This document shows, one piece after another, positions 10,121 to 21,379 of a DNA stretch of 57,378 bases (position 1 is its first letter; each line of letters opens with the position of its first letter). Position numbers and translations under genes: made by a program. The notes beneath the pieces are model-generated. The model did not search any database and was not told where the DNA came from. It worked only from the letters and a program-made list of their open reading frames with translations. Origin of the DNA: Elusimicrobiota bacterium (GTDB lineage Bacteria > Elusimicrobiota > Elusimicrobia > UBA1565 > UBA9628). Location: contig DAHVNA010000006.1 in assembly GCA_027319565.1 (NCBI GenBank), positions 1-57,378 on the forward strand. Direction: 5' to 3'.

Positions 10121-11086
10121 TTAATCTTCCTGACCGCGATATCCTTTTTTACCTAGGAAGTTAACCGTCACCGTCGCCATCGGCGAATAGGTTTTTGGGT
10201 AATTGGCCTGTTCTATCGGCCAAGTCATTCCGGCTCCCCAGGTCACCGCGTAGGAATCATTGTTGGGCCAGGTCATTTCAAGCCCGGCATCCCCCCAAAG
10301 ATAAGACCAAGACGGAGCGTTGGCGCCTCCATAAAACAAATTTTGTCCGGACTGAGACTCACCCGATAATTCAAGAATATACCCCAAACCCCATTGATCG
10401 TTAAAAACCTGCTCCAAGCAAAGGCTGTAATTTAAAAGGTTCCCATTGACGACCGTCATCGGGTGAAGAGCGGATTGAATCCCGTTATTAAACCCAAACC
10501 CGGTTTCAACCGATGTCGGATTTTCAATATAGTCTCCGACCTGGGCATAAAGCGAAAAAGGTTTAAAGCGCTTGCGCATGACCAATTGAATGGACTCATC
10601 AAAAGTTCCCGAACCCGTTTGATCGGCCCCATTGAGATTCGCGTTGAGGTTTTGATATTGGCCGGTGGGCAGGACAAACAAAGCCTCCATCGAAACGGCG
10701 GGCCGGGCCCAAAAATGGTAGGTGTCGGCGTCTTCAATGATTTCCCGCTTAAGCCACATCGTCGTATCCCCGACTCCAGAAGTATTAATGCCTGGAAGCT
10801 GGTTTTCGACCAGCGGAATTGAAACGGAAAAATCCCAGCCTTGTCCAACGCCCAAATCCAGCCTTTGCGGCATAAATAAAGTCGTCATATGCTCGTTGGG
10901 CTTTTGTTGATCATAAACCCATGGCTCGACGAAATCAGAACCCAGAGGTTCGGCTTCTGCGGTACCGGTATAAAATGGCCCGCTGGTGGCCGGCCCCCAG
11001 CGATTATCTCCGCCGTCATCGGACCACAAGGGCGAAGTCAAACAAATTAGGCCAACGCCCAAAATGAGAGCGCGCGTCATTTTCAT
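10121..11086 (-). CDS. Exported protein, probable outer-membrane beta-barrel/transporter-like
   Basis: Signal peptide; GxGD and PTG motifs; alternating aromatic beta-strand pattern. Confidence 0.55.
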   Translation of the reverse strand: MKMTRALILGVGLICLTSPLWSDDGGDNRWGPATSGPFYTGTAEAEPLGSDFVEPWVYDQQKPNEHMTTLFMPQRLDLGVGQGWDFSVSIPLVENQLPGINTSGVGDTTMWLKREIIEDADTYHFWARPAVSMEALFVLPTGQYQNLNANLNGADQTGSGTFDESIQLVMRKRFKPFSLYAQVGDYIENPTSVETGFGFNNGIQSALHPMTVVNGNLLNYSLCLEQVFNDQWGLGYILELSGESQSGQNLFYGGANAPSWSYLWGDAGLEMTWPNNDSYAVTWGAGMTWPIEQANYPKTYSPMATVTVNFLGKKGYRGQED

Positions 11087-11155
11087 ATTGGATGTATTTT
11101 AGCAAGTTTGCGCATATTTGATTTTTCATCCCAAGACCGCTATCATTTATGTTCG

Positions 11156-12031
11156 ATGCCTGAAATCAATGCGCAAGACCACGGCTTTCAAAAGCCACTG
11201 GGACTCGCCTTATCCGGCGGCGGGGCCTTGGGAAGCTGGCAAGCCGGAGCCTTATCCGCGCTGGAAAAACAATTCGGACTTTCTTTTGATTCCATCGTCT
11301 GCTTTAGCGCCGGGGCTCTCAACGGAGCGGCTTTCGCCTTGGGTCTCATCGATGTCGCGATAGAGCGTTGGGAAAATAAAGCTCGAAAAAAAATACTCCA
11401 ATTTTCCCCGCGCTTGTCGCCATTGTCTATTTTTTCCAATCAGCCGATTTTTGCCAACGCCGATTACGCCTTGGACGAGGAAAAATCAAAAAAAATTTTA
11501 CGCTCAAAATTAACGGTTTTAAGTTTATCGAAAGACCGGCAAAAAAGAGTGGAGAGAATTTTTGAGCCCAATGGCCGCTGGGACGGGCCTCTACTGCCTT
11601 GGCTGGTAGCGAGTTCTTCGATTCCCGTTATTTTTCCACCGGTCAAACTTTCCCATCAAGGGCAAGAAAGTTTTTTTATCGACGCCGGAGTTTCTTCGCC
11701 TGAACCGATGAGTTTTAAGTCCCTCAGCGGCTGCAAAGACGTCATCGTTCTTGAAATGATCCGCGCCGATGAAGCCGCGCGCAACCCCAAGGGATTTTTG
11801 AGAAAAATGGACCATCAAAATCGTCTGGAAGTTCGCGGCTTTATCGATGAAGGCGTCCGCTCTCTTCAAGAACTTGCGCCTCGGCCGCGTATTTTCCGTC
11901 TTTATCCTTCCCGCACGCTTGAATTCGGGATGTTGGAATTTTTGTCTCCACTGGTCCCGCAAGCCATCGAATGGGGCCACAAAGATGCCGAGGCCTTCAT
12001 TAAAAATCCGAAGCAATTTCTCGTTGGATAA
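11156..12031 (+). CDS. Patatin-like phospholipase
   Basis: LSGGGALG oxyanion loop, FSAG nucleophile elbow, ASSSIP and DAG motifs. ATG 11156 is preferred over TTG 11108. Confidence 0.85.
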   Translation: MPEINAQDHGFQKPLGLALSGGGALGSWQAGALSALEKQFGLSFDSIVCFSAGALNGAAFALGLIDVAIERWENKARKKILQFSPRLSPLSIFSNQPIFANADYALDEEKSKKILRSKLTVLSLSKDRQKRVERIFEPNGRWDGPLLPWLVASSSIPVIFPPVKLSHQGQESFFIDAGVSSPEPMSFKSLSGCKDVIVLEMIRADEAARNPKGFLRKMDHQNRLEVRGFIDEGVRSLQELAPRPRIFRLYPSRTLEFGMLEFLSPLVPQAIEWGHKDAEAFIKNPKQFLVG

Positions 12032-12085
12032 GGGGATTGTTTCCGCGCAAGGCCAGAGCGGCAATCATTGTATAATTGAAAGCGA

Positions 12086-12158
12086 CGGGGTATAGCTCAA
12101 TTGGCAGAGCGCCTGGTTTGGGACCAGGAGGTTCTCAGTTCAAGCCTGAGTACCCCGA
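12086..12158 (+). tRNA. tRNA-Pro(TGG)
   Basis: Acceptor stem CGGGGTA/TACCCCG, anticodon arm CCTGG-TT-TGG-GA-CCAGG and GTTCAAG T-loop. CCA is not encoded. TATAAT lies upstream. Confidence 0.93.
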
Positions 12159-12520
12159 AATTCGCCCTCGCGGCTCCGCCTTTGGCGCCGATCTTTTTGT
12201 TTGCGGATTTTTTCACGCGCTCTCAGTCTCTCGGAAGTTTCCGGGGAAATTTTCATCTCGATTTGATCCGCTAATTCTCTCAACGCCAAAAAACGATTGA
12301 GAGATCTTTTGCGCTCGCACTGAACCCGAACCGAGATTTGAAGCGGCGGATAAAACAGTTGAACGCAGTTAGCGGTTTTGTTGATTTTTTGTCCGCCCTT
12401 CCCGCCACCCCGGACGAAATTTTCCTCTATTTTGTGAACGTCGATGTTTAAGCGCTTGATCTTTTCAAGAAGGGCTTTCTGCTTTGATTCGGAGACCTCA
12501 AAGCGCTCGTTTAGATTCAC
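12140..12520 (-). CDS. Codon-independent peptide-release-factor-like protein (RF-1 GGQ domain with basic tail; ArfB/C12orf65-like)
   Basis: FVRGGGKGGQKINKT motif and a Lys/Arg-rich C-terminus. Confidence 0.85.
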   Translation of the reverse strand: MNLNERFEVSESKQKALLEKIKRLNIDVHKIEENFVRGGGKGGQKINKTANCVQLFYPPLQISVRVQCERKRSLNRFLALRELADQIEMKISPETSERLRAREKIRKQKDRRQRRSREGEFRGTQA

Positions 12521-12529
12521 GAATGGAAA

Positions 12530-13275
12530 TTATTTATCGGAACAAACAACGGCGCGCAAAAACTCGCGGTTTAATCTCGCGATATTAGAGACCTTGATTT
12601 CCTTGGGACAAGCCGCCTCGCAGGCGTATTCGTTGGCACAGTGGCCGAAACCTTCTTGGTCCATCTGAGCCCGCATATTCATGACCCGCGCGTCTCTCTC
12701 CGGAGCGCCTTGCGGCATCAAGGCGAGATGGGAAATTTTGGCCGCGACAAAAAGCATCGCCGCGGCGTTGGGGCACGCCGCAACGCAAGCCCCGCAGCCG
12801 ATGCAAGCCGCCGCATCCATGGCTTTATCGGCGGTGTCTTTGGGGACTAAAACGCAGTTGGCATCCGGCGCGTTTCCGGTGTTGACCGAAACAAAGCCGC
12901 CCGCCGCCATCACGCGGTCAAAGGCCGAGCGGTCAATAACGAGATCGCGGACAATGGGAAAAGCCTTGGCACGGAAAGGCTCGATGATAATTGTCTGCCC
13001 GTCTTGAAAATGGCGCATTCGAAGCTCGCAAGAAGTGGAAGCTTTTTCCGGCCCGTGCGGATATCCGTCGATGACGAGGCTGCACATTCCGCAAATCCCT
13101 TCCCGGCAATCCGAGTCAAAAGCGATCGGCTCTTCTCCTTTTTCAAGCAATTGTTCGTTTAAAACGTCGAGGGTTTCGAGAATCGACATCTCGGGAGAAA
13201 TACCGACGACTTCATAACGAACCAGCCCGCCTTGAGATTGGGCGTTTTTTTGCCGCCAAACTTCAAGAAAAAATT

Positions 13276-13279
<4 letters not shown>
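12530..13279 (-). CDS. sdhB: Succinate dehydrogenase/fumarate reductase iron-sulfur subunit
   Basis: [21 protein letters not shown] and [12 protein letters not shown] motifs. Confidence 0.95.
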
Positions 13280-15185
<1,906 letters not shown>

Positions 15186-15189
<4 letters not shown>

Positions 15190-15833
15190 CTGATTTTCCC
15201 CAGCATAATCCAGAGAGGAATTGAAGAAAAACCAAGCCCAATTACAACGGCGAAAAGATATCCCAATTTTTTAATCGCCGGAGTATATTTGGGATGATTG
15301 AGGCCAAAGGTCTGGAACGCGCTTTGAAAGCCGTGGCTTAAGTGAAGAGACAAAGAAAGCATCGCGATGATATAGAAAATCGCATAATATGGATTTTTAA
15401 GGCAGGAAACGACCAGATGATAAACCCCTTGACTACGATTCCCAAAGCGAAAATCCTTGAGATGGATGATCAAAAAGACCAGGACAATCAGGGCGGTCCA
15501 GGTCATCGTCGTTGAGCCCCAGGTTCGCCCGCCCTTGGCGGAATATTTGACGTATCCGACCGGACGCGCTTGATAATTGTGATAGCGAACGATCAGGGCA
15601 ATTAGAATATGAAGGAGGAAAAATCCGGCTAAAATCAACTCGGCGGGCAAGATAAAGGGATTAGAATCCAGGGTTTGGGCGAAATGATTAAAAACTCCGG
15701 GACCCTTGAAAATCAGAAGGTTTCCCGAGAGGTGCAAGACCAAAAAACCGCACAAGGATAATCCCGCGCCCGCGACAAAAAATTTGCGCCCGATAGAGGA
15801 AGAGTAAAAGCGGGAGAGAAAGCTCATTAACAA
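15186..15833 (-). CDS. sdhC: Succinate dehydrogenase cytochrome b subunit
   Basis: Five TM helices with heme-ligand His residues ([19 protein letters not shown]); first gene of the sdhCAB operon. Confidence 0.92.
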
Positions 15834-15888
15834 TTTTTCCTTATTAATTCATTATAGCATTTGATTTTTTTCGCGGATAAAAAAAGAA

Positions 15889-15939
15889 CAAGCGCTTTCC
15901 GACCAGCAAAAACGCTTTAAGAGACTCTTGACAGCGGAT
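15889..15939 (+). repeat. 51-bp direct repeat, copy 1
   Basis: CAAGCGCTTTCCGACCAGCAAAAACGCTTTAAGAGACTCTTGACAGCGGAT; 49/51 identical to 18257-18307. Confidence 0.92.
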
Positions 15940-16005
15940 AGAAGAAAAAATGAATGGGTTTCTATTTCCAGACAAAATTAACTTAAAGGATACTGTGTTT
16001 CAATT

Positions 16006-16284
16006 TCAAATGCTTCGCCGTTCGACAAGCCTTCCCGAGACATATTTATGGATGACGCTGGCCATCAAGGTCTGATAGGGAATCCCCTCCTCAATCGCCC
16101 GGCTTTGAATACCGCCTAAATCCTGCGGAGATATCCGGATATTGACTCGGCTCGTTTTTTGCAAAGCCTCCCGCGCGTAGGATTGATAGCGGCGAATTTC
16201 CGCATGTTTATTTTTCACGCTTTTCCATTCGCCTCGTTCGTAGGATCTGGCTATTTCTCTCTCTTCTTTTTCTGTTTTTGCCAT
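16006..16284 (-). CDS. Putative type II antitoxin (BrnA/CopG-like ribbon-helix-helix)
   Basis: RVNIRIS...A..EGIPYQTL...IHKY pattern; immediately downstream of a toxin-like gene. Confidence 0.8.
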   Translation of the reverse strand: MAKTEKEEREIARSYERGEWKSVKNKHAEIRRYQSYAREALQKTSRVNIRISPQDLGGIQSRAIEEGIPYQTLMASVIHKYVSGRLVERRSI

Positions 16285-16288
16285 AATT

Positions 16289-16564
16289 TTAACCTCCTCG
16301 CAGATAACGTTTTGTCGCCTTGCGACTGGGAATGACGGTTTTTAAGAATATCTCTTTCTCTGATTCGACAAAAGGAACAAGATAGGCGTAATCACTGAAT
16401 TCCAAAACAAAAATACGCTGTCCGGGGTAACGCTTCTCATTATAATGCCTAACGATATCCAGGACTTCTCCCCTATTAATTTTAACAATAATTTCTTCAA
16501 ATCCGATTCGCCGGCGCGCCCTAAGCCACTCGTCTTTCCGAGAGTCCCATCGAATAGCTTTCAT
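16289..16564 (-). CDS. Putative type II toxin (BrnT-like)
   Basis: WDxxKxxW...RxIGFE...YLVPFVE...FLKTVIPSRKATK pattern. ATG 16564 has TATACT upstream. Confidence 0.75.
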   Translation of the reverse strand: MKAIRWDSRKDEWLRARRRIGFEEIIVKINRGEVLDIVRHYNEKRYPGQRIFVLEFSDYAYLVPFVESEKEIFLKTVIPSRKATKRYLRGG

Positions 16565-16606
16565 CTCTCTTAAGTATAACACGTTGTGTGCTTTTTGACA
16601 ACACCC

Positions 16607-18239
16607 CGTCTTCAGAAATCTAAAATGTAACCATGGGAGGCAAGGTTAGGCAATATAAAATGTAACCCAAGTTCCTAGTCAGGTAGGAGGGTTGCGTGCC
16701 GAGTTTTGGAGCGAGAATGGAATATTTGAAGGCGATTTACGGACGTTATCACAAAGCATCCAAGGATGCCAGGGGCCGGATTCTCGATGAATTCTGCAAG
16801 GTGTGCGGGAATAATCGCAAGTATGCAATCCGCCTTCTCAGCAGTTCCGAACCCGAGAAAACAACCCCCAAGCGGCGCCGGCGCAAGTTCCGATATAGCG
16901 AACGGACAATAGATATCTTGACGACTATTTGGCAGGCTAGCGGGCATTTTTGTTCCGAGCGTCTAAAAGAAGCATTGCTCGATTGGATCCCCAAAAGCCG
17001 TGAGCGTTTAGGAATCACGCCGGAAATTGAGAAGGAGCTGCGTGCCATTAGCGCCCGGCAGATTGAGAACAGGCTCAAGGGCAAGAAGCGGCAACTCAAG
17101 AAAAGACTTTACGGCCGGACTCGGCCGGGGACCCTGCTCAAGAGCATGATTCCGATCCGCACATCGAACTGGGATATTCGCCTGCCCGGATTTCTCGAGA
17201 TGGATACCGTCGCCCACTGCGGCAATAGTCTTTCCGGTAATTTCATCTGGACGCTGGATGCGACCGATATTGAGACGGGATGGACGGAACGCAAGGCGGT
17301 GATGGGCAAAGGGAGCGCCACGATACTGGACGGGATTATGGACATCAAAAACGCGCTGCCTTTTCGCTTGCGCGGCCTCGATTCAGACAACGGCGACGAG
17401 TTCATCAACTACCACATGCTGGATTTTTGCCTGAAGTCGCGGCCCCGCATTCAGTTTACACGCGGCCGCGAAAATAAGAAAAATGACAACCCCCACGTGG
17501 AGCAGAAGAACTGGACGCACGTCCGTCAGATTTTTGGTTGGGACCGCTATGACACTGAGGAGGTCCTGGCTGCCATCAATGACCTCTACGACAATGAGCT
17601 GCGGCTATTTCAGAATCTCTTCCAACCTTCGATGAAGCTGGTTAAGAAGGTACGTGTCGGCTCCAAGCTCAAGCGCACCTATGACAAGCCCAAGACCCCG
17701 CTGCGGCGAGTTTTGCAATCCGGCAAATATCATCGTGGCAAAGCCAAGAGGCTTAAGGATTTGCTTTCGAGTCTCGACCCTTTCGAACTTTCCGAAGCCA
17801 TCGATAGAAAACTCAAGCGCATCTATAAAATGGCTTCCCAGCGCGTAGGCGGCCAAAACAACGTTCAAGGTGAAAATAAACAGGGCCTAGAAGGCCCTAA
17901 ATTCGATGATTCCACGTCGGGAGACACTTCGGCATCCCCTCACAAACAGTCCCCTTGGAGGTACTGGTGTTTCAGCAAGAAAACTATTCGCAGACGCTGG
18001 ATGATGCAACAGTTGAAAGAGAAAGCGGGCAGGGCTACATGAGATTGATTACGCAACAAGGTATAAAAAATTTCGTGCGAGCCCACGGCAACGGCTTAAC
18101 AACAACACAAACGGCAGCCCAACAGCTTGACCGTCATCGTAACGACATTTCTTTTTCTTGCCCAAACAACAACCGAGAATGGCTAGGAAAACGAATTAAT
18201 AAAAAAAACAGCATGGTTACATTCTTAAAGTGCTTGACG
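16607..18239 (+). mobile_element. Insertion sequence with a DDE transposase and imperfect terminal inverted repeats
   Basis: AATGTAACCATG (16624-16635) is the perfect inverse of CATGGTTACATT (18212-18223). The match extends imperfectly to CGTC 16607 / GACG 18239. A second AAAATGTAACC lies at about 16657. Exact ends are uncertain. Confidence 0.7.
16696..18042 (+). CDS. DDE-type transposase (integrase core, ISNCY/IS481-like)
   Basis: PGFLEMDTVAHCG, LDSDNGDEF and KKNDNPHVEQKN supply the D-D-E triad; AGGAGG lies upstream of the GTG. Confidence 0.9.
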   Translation: MPSFGARMEYLKAIYGRYHKASKDARGRILDEFCKVCGNNRKYAIRLLSSSEPEKTTPKRRRRKFRYSERTIDILTTIWQASGHFCSERLKEALLDWIPKSRERLGITPEIEKELRAISARQIENRLKGKKRQLKKRLYGRTRPGTLLKSMIPIRTSNWDIRLPGFLEMDTVAHCGNSLSGNFIWTLDATDIETGWTERKAVMGKGSATILDGIMDIKNALPFRLRGLDSDNGDEFINYHMLDFCLKSRPRIQFTRGRENKKNDNPHVEQKNWTHVRQIFGWDRYDTEEVLAAINDLYDNELRLFQNLFQPSMKLVKKVRVGSKLKRTYDKPKTPLRRVLQSGKYHRGKAKRLKDLLSSLDPFELSEAIDRKLKRIYKMASQRVGGQNNVQGENKQGLEGPKFDDSTSGDTSASPHKQSPWRYWCFSKKTIRRRWMMQQLKEKAGRAT

Positions 18240-18256
18240 CGAGCGCTTAATGAAAC

Positions 18257-18307
18257 CAAGCCCTTTCCGACCAGCAAAAAGGCTTTAAGAGACTCTTGAC
18301 AGCGGAT
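18257..18307 (+). repeat. 51-bp direct repeat, copy 2
   Basis: CAAGCCCTTTCCGACCAGCAAAAAGGCTTTAAGAGACTCTTGACAGCGGAT. Confidence 0.92.
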
Positions 18308-18355
18308 TTTTTCACTCCCCTGGCGCAAACGGGGTTTTGGGGTTATACTTTCTTT

Positions 18356-18679
18356 ATGGATCTCTGGCGCATTTTTGAATCTTTTGAACCCGAGTCAAAA
18401 AATGTATTTTTGGACGTGGTTCATTGCTCAGCGACAAGCCCCGCGTATCCGGCCCTAGAAACAAAAACGTTAACGGAATTTGAAAACTTCAGGGAATGTC
18501 ATGCGTTTCTCTCAAACTACACGCAAACACTCAAAACCGGACAAGAAAATCCCATCCTTCAAGTTTGCTGCGGTAAGTATCAGAAACCGGGTTGCGATAT
18601 CGGCGCGTGTTTTCTGGGAGTCACCCGGGATTACCGCTGTGAATACCGAGATCGCTTTAATACCGATTCCTCAAAATAA
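18356..18679 (+). CDS. Hypothetical Cys-containing protein
   Basis: ATG 18356 lies 6 nt after TATACT; 107-aa ORF with seven Cys. Confidence 0.5.
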   Translation: MDLWRIFESFEPESKNVFLDVVHCSATSPAYPALETKTLTEFENFRECHAFLSNYTQTLKTGQENPILQVCCGKYQKPGCDIGACFLGVTRDYRCEYRDRFNTDSSK

Positions 18680-18750
18680 GCCTTGCCACCTGCCGAACGG
18701 TTTCCTATTTTTGGTAAAATAAAAGGAACGGGCGTTGCCCCAAGTCATTT

Positions 18751-18957
18751 ATGAAAACGAAAACAAGAGTGGCTCAAAAATCTAAAAATTCCGACGCAAA
18801 CGCCGGCACCTACGTCTATGATGCGAACTTGGGACAGGTGGTCAAACTCTCAAGCCGCATTCCCCGCGTCTCTTCAAGAAAAAAATCCGCAGCCGAGGAT
18901 TTTTCGCCTCCTGCCTGCGGCCGCGCCCAATGCTGCGGCGGCGGCGGTTGCGATTAA
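18751..18957 (+). CDS. Small hypothetical protein with a Cys/Gly-rich C-terminus
   Basis: 68 aa ending in CGRAQCCGGGGCD; fills the intergenic space. Confidence 0.5.
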   Translation: MKTKTRVAQKSKNSDANAGTYVYDANLGQVVKLSSRIPRVSSRKKSAAEDFSPPACGRAQCCGGGGCD

Positions 18958-18977
18958 AGACGCATACCTGTCTTTGT

Positions 18978-20405
18978 TTAACGGGAAGATTTAAGCTGCG
19001 AGAACGCCCGGCCGATAGCGGAAAGGGTTTGATCAATGTCAGAATCCGAATGAGCCGAGGACAAAAAGCAGGCCTCAAATTGAGAGGGCGGAAAGTAAAT
19101 TCCCTCATCCAAAAGGGCGTGGAAAAAAGCGGCGTACTTTTTGGTATCTGATTTTTTAGCGGAAAAGTAATCCCGCACGGGATGTTCTGAAAAAAATACG
19201 GTCAACATCGGCCCAAAGGAGTTGACCTGAACCGAAACGCGGGCGTTTCGCGCTTCTTGCCGAATTCCCTCGACAAGCCTAAGGGTTTTGCGGTTTAAAT
19301 CGGGATAGGGGTTTTCTTTTTTAAGTAGCGCCAAAAGCTTTAGAGCCGCGCTGGCGGCCACGGGATTTCCCGACAAGGTTCCCCCTTGATACACCGGACC
19401 CAGAGGCGCCAAAAGCTCCATGATTTCTTTTTTCCCGCCGAAAGCGGCCAACGGGAAACCTCCGCCGGCGATTTTTCCAAGACAGGTTAAATCCGGTTCA
19501 ATACGAAATATTTTTTGCGCGCCGCAAAAACCGAACCTAAAGCCGGTAATGACCTCGTCAAAAATTAAAAGCGCGCCATATTTTTTAGTCAAATCCCGCA
19601 AAGATTCTAAAAAACCTTTTTCCGGAAGCACCGTGCCCATGTTTCCCGACACCGGCTCCACAATCACCGCGGCAATCTTTGGGCCCCATTTTTTAAAAGC
19701 TTCTTTGACGGCCAGAATATTATTAGAAGGAAGACTCAAGGTCGTCTGGGCAAAAGACTTTGGCACGCCAAAAGAATCGGGACGACCCAAAGAAGTCAGG
19801 CCGCTTCCGGCTTCAACTAAAAGACTGTCGGCATGGCCGTGATAAGCCCCGGTAAACTTCACGATTAAATCGCGTCCAGTCGCCGCGCGCGCCAAGCGCA
19901 AGGCGCTCATGACGGCCTCGGTCCCGGAGCTGGTCAGCCTCACCAGTTCAAGACTTGGAATCGCTTTTTTCAAAACCTCGGCCAGCTCGATTTCAGTTTC
20001 GGTGGGAAGGCCAAAAGTGGAGCCTCGTTCTAACGCCAAGGCCGCAGCGTTAAGAACTTCTTTTCGAGCATGTCCTAAAATCAAGGGACCCCAGGAAAGG
20101 CAATAGTCGATGTACTTGTTTCCATCCACGTCCCAGATTTTGCTGCCTTTGGCGCGCGAGATAAAACGGGGAACGCCGCCGACGGATTTAAACGCCCGCA
20201 CGGGAGAATTGACTCCGCCGACTAAAACTTTTTGGGCGCGGTTAAACAGGCGGCGGGAATTCTCTGTTTTCTGCAACCGCGCACATCCGTCATTCCGACG
20301 TAAGCTCTCCCCTGTCATTCCGGCGAAAGCCGGAATCCAGATACTGGACCCCGGCTTACGGATTGCCGGGGTGACAAAGGAAGTCTTTATTTTTCTTTGA
20401 GCCAT
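18978..20405 (-). CDS. hemL: Glutamate-1-semialdehyde 2,1-aminomutase (start uncertain)
   Basis: GGVNSPVRAF, SGTEAVMSALR, YHGHAD, FDEVITGFR and YQGGTLSGNP motifs; downstream of hemB. Confidence 0.95.
   Translation of the reverse strand: MAQRKIKTSFVTPAIRKPGSSIWIPAFAGMTGESLRRNDGCARLQKTENSRRLFNRAQKVLVGGVNSPVRAFKSVGGVPRFISRAKGSKIWDVDGNKYIDYCLSWGPLILGHARKEVLNAAALALERGSTFGLPTETEIELAEVLKKAIPSLELVRLTSSGTEAVMSALRLARAATGRDLIVKFTGAYHGHADSLLVEAGSGLTSLGRPDSFGVPKSFAQTTLSLPSNNILAVKEAFKKWGPKIAAVIVEPVSGNMGTVLPEKGFLESLRDLTKKYGALLIFDEVITGFRFGFCGAQKIFRIEPDLTCLGKIAGGGFPLAAFGGKKEIMELLAPLGPVYQGGTLSGNPVAASAALKLLALLKKENPYPDLNRKTLRLVEGIRQEARNARVSVQVNSFGPMLTVFFSEHPVRDYFSAKKSDTKKYAAFFHALLDEGIYFPPSQFEACFLSSAHSDSDIDQTLSAIGRAFSQLKSSR
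20314..20375. repeat. REP/RPE-like double-hairpin palindromic element
   Basis: GTCATTCCGGCGAAAGCCGGAATCCAG-ATA-CTGGACCCCGGCTTACGGATTGCCGGGGTGAC; reads WIPAFAGMT on the minus strand. Confidence 0.85.
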
Positions 20406-21364
20406 TGGGCCGCGGAAAGGGCGTGATAGGTGATGATAAAATCGGCGCCGGCGCGCTTAATGGATGTTAAAAGTTCGAGAGCCGCTTTCTTTTCATCCAG
20501 CCAGCCGTTTTGGGCGGCGGCCTTAATCATCGCGTATTCTCCAGAAACGCTGTAAGCCGCCAAGGGAAAATCAAAACGCGCCCGCGCTTCTCTTAAAATA
20601 TCTAAATTCGGCAAGGCGGGCTTGACCATCAGCATATCAGCCCCCTCCAAGGCGTCCAAAGAAATTTCGCGCAGAGCCTCCCTGAAATTGGATGGATCCA
20701 TTTGATGGGTTAAGCGATCCCCGAATTTCGGAGCGGACTCAACGGCATCCCGAAAGGGCCCATAAAAAGCGCTGGCGGTTTTAGCGGCATAGGCCAAAAT
20801 CGGCATCATTTCAAAACTGGCTTTGTCTAAAGCCAAACGAATGGATGAGACTTGCCCGTCCATCATGCCTGACGGCGCGATCACGTCAAAACCGGCTTCC
20901 GCTTGAGACACCGCGGTTCTGGCATAAAGCTTCAGCGTCTCGTCGTTCAAAATTTTGTCTCCTTTAAGAACTCCACAATGACCATGATCCGTGTATTCAC
21001 ACAGGCACAAGTCCGCAATCAGACAGAGATCGGGATATTTTTTTTTAATCCGGCGAGCCGCCTCTTGGACAATGCCGTTTTTGGCGTAAGCTCCCGAACC
21101 CAAAGAATCTTTTTGATCCGGAATTCCAAAAAGAATCACGGCGCCGACTCCGGCCTCAACCGCCTTAGCTACAGGCTCCATCAAAGAGTCAATTGAATAC
21201 TGGAATTGCCCCGGAAGAGACGGAATTTCCGAACGAACTCCGCGACCCGGGCGAACAAAAAAAGGCATGACCAAATCGGCGGCATTGAGCTCCGTTTCTC
21301 GAATTAATTTCCGCAACTGGGGAGTTTGGCGAAGCCGACGCAAACGGGTTTGAGGAAAGGTCAT
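20387..21364 (-). CDS. hemB: Porphobilinogen synthase (ALA dehydratase)
   Basis: RLRRLR, DLCLCEYTDHGHCG, APSGMMDGQ, SAFYGPFRDA and MVKP motifs. Confidence 0.96.
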   Translation of the reverse strand: MTFPQTRLRRLRQTPQLRKLIRETELNAADLVMPFFVRPGRGVRSEIPSLPGQFQYSIDSLMEPVAKAVEAGVGAVILFGIPDQKDSLGSGAYAKNGIVQEAARRIKKKYPDLCLIADLCLCEYTDHGHCGVLKGDKILNDETLKLYARTAVSQAEAGFDVIAPSGMMDGQVSSIRLALDKASFEMMPILAYAAKTASAFYGPFRDAVESAPKFGDRLTHQMDPSNFREALREISLDALEGADMLMVKPALPNLDILREARARFDFPLAAYSVSGEYAMIKAAAQNGWLDEKKAALELLTSIKRAGADFIITYHALSAAQWLKEK

Positions 21365-21379
21365 GTCCTATTTTACAAA

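Noticed and set aside
12086..12158. tRNA-Pro or tRNA-Gln as an island integration site
   Set aside because: No integrase, and I noticed no duplicated tRNA 3' end elsewhere in the window.
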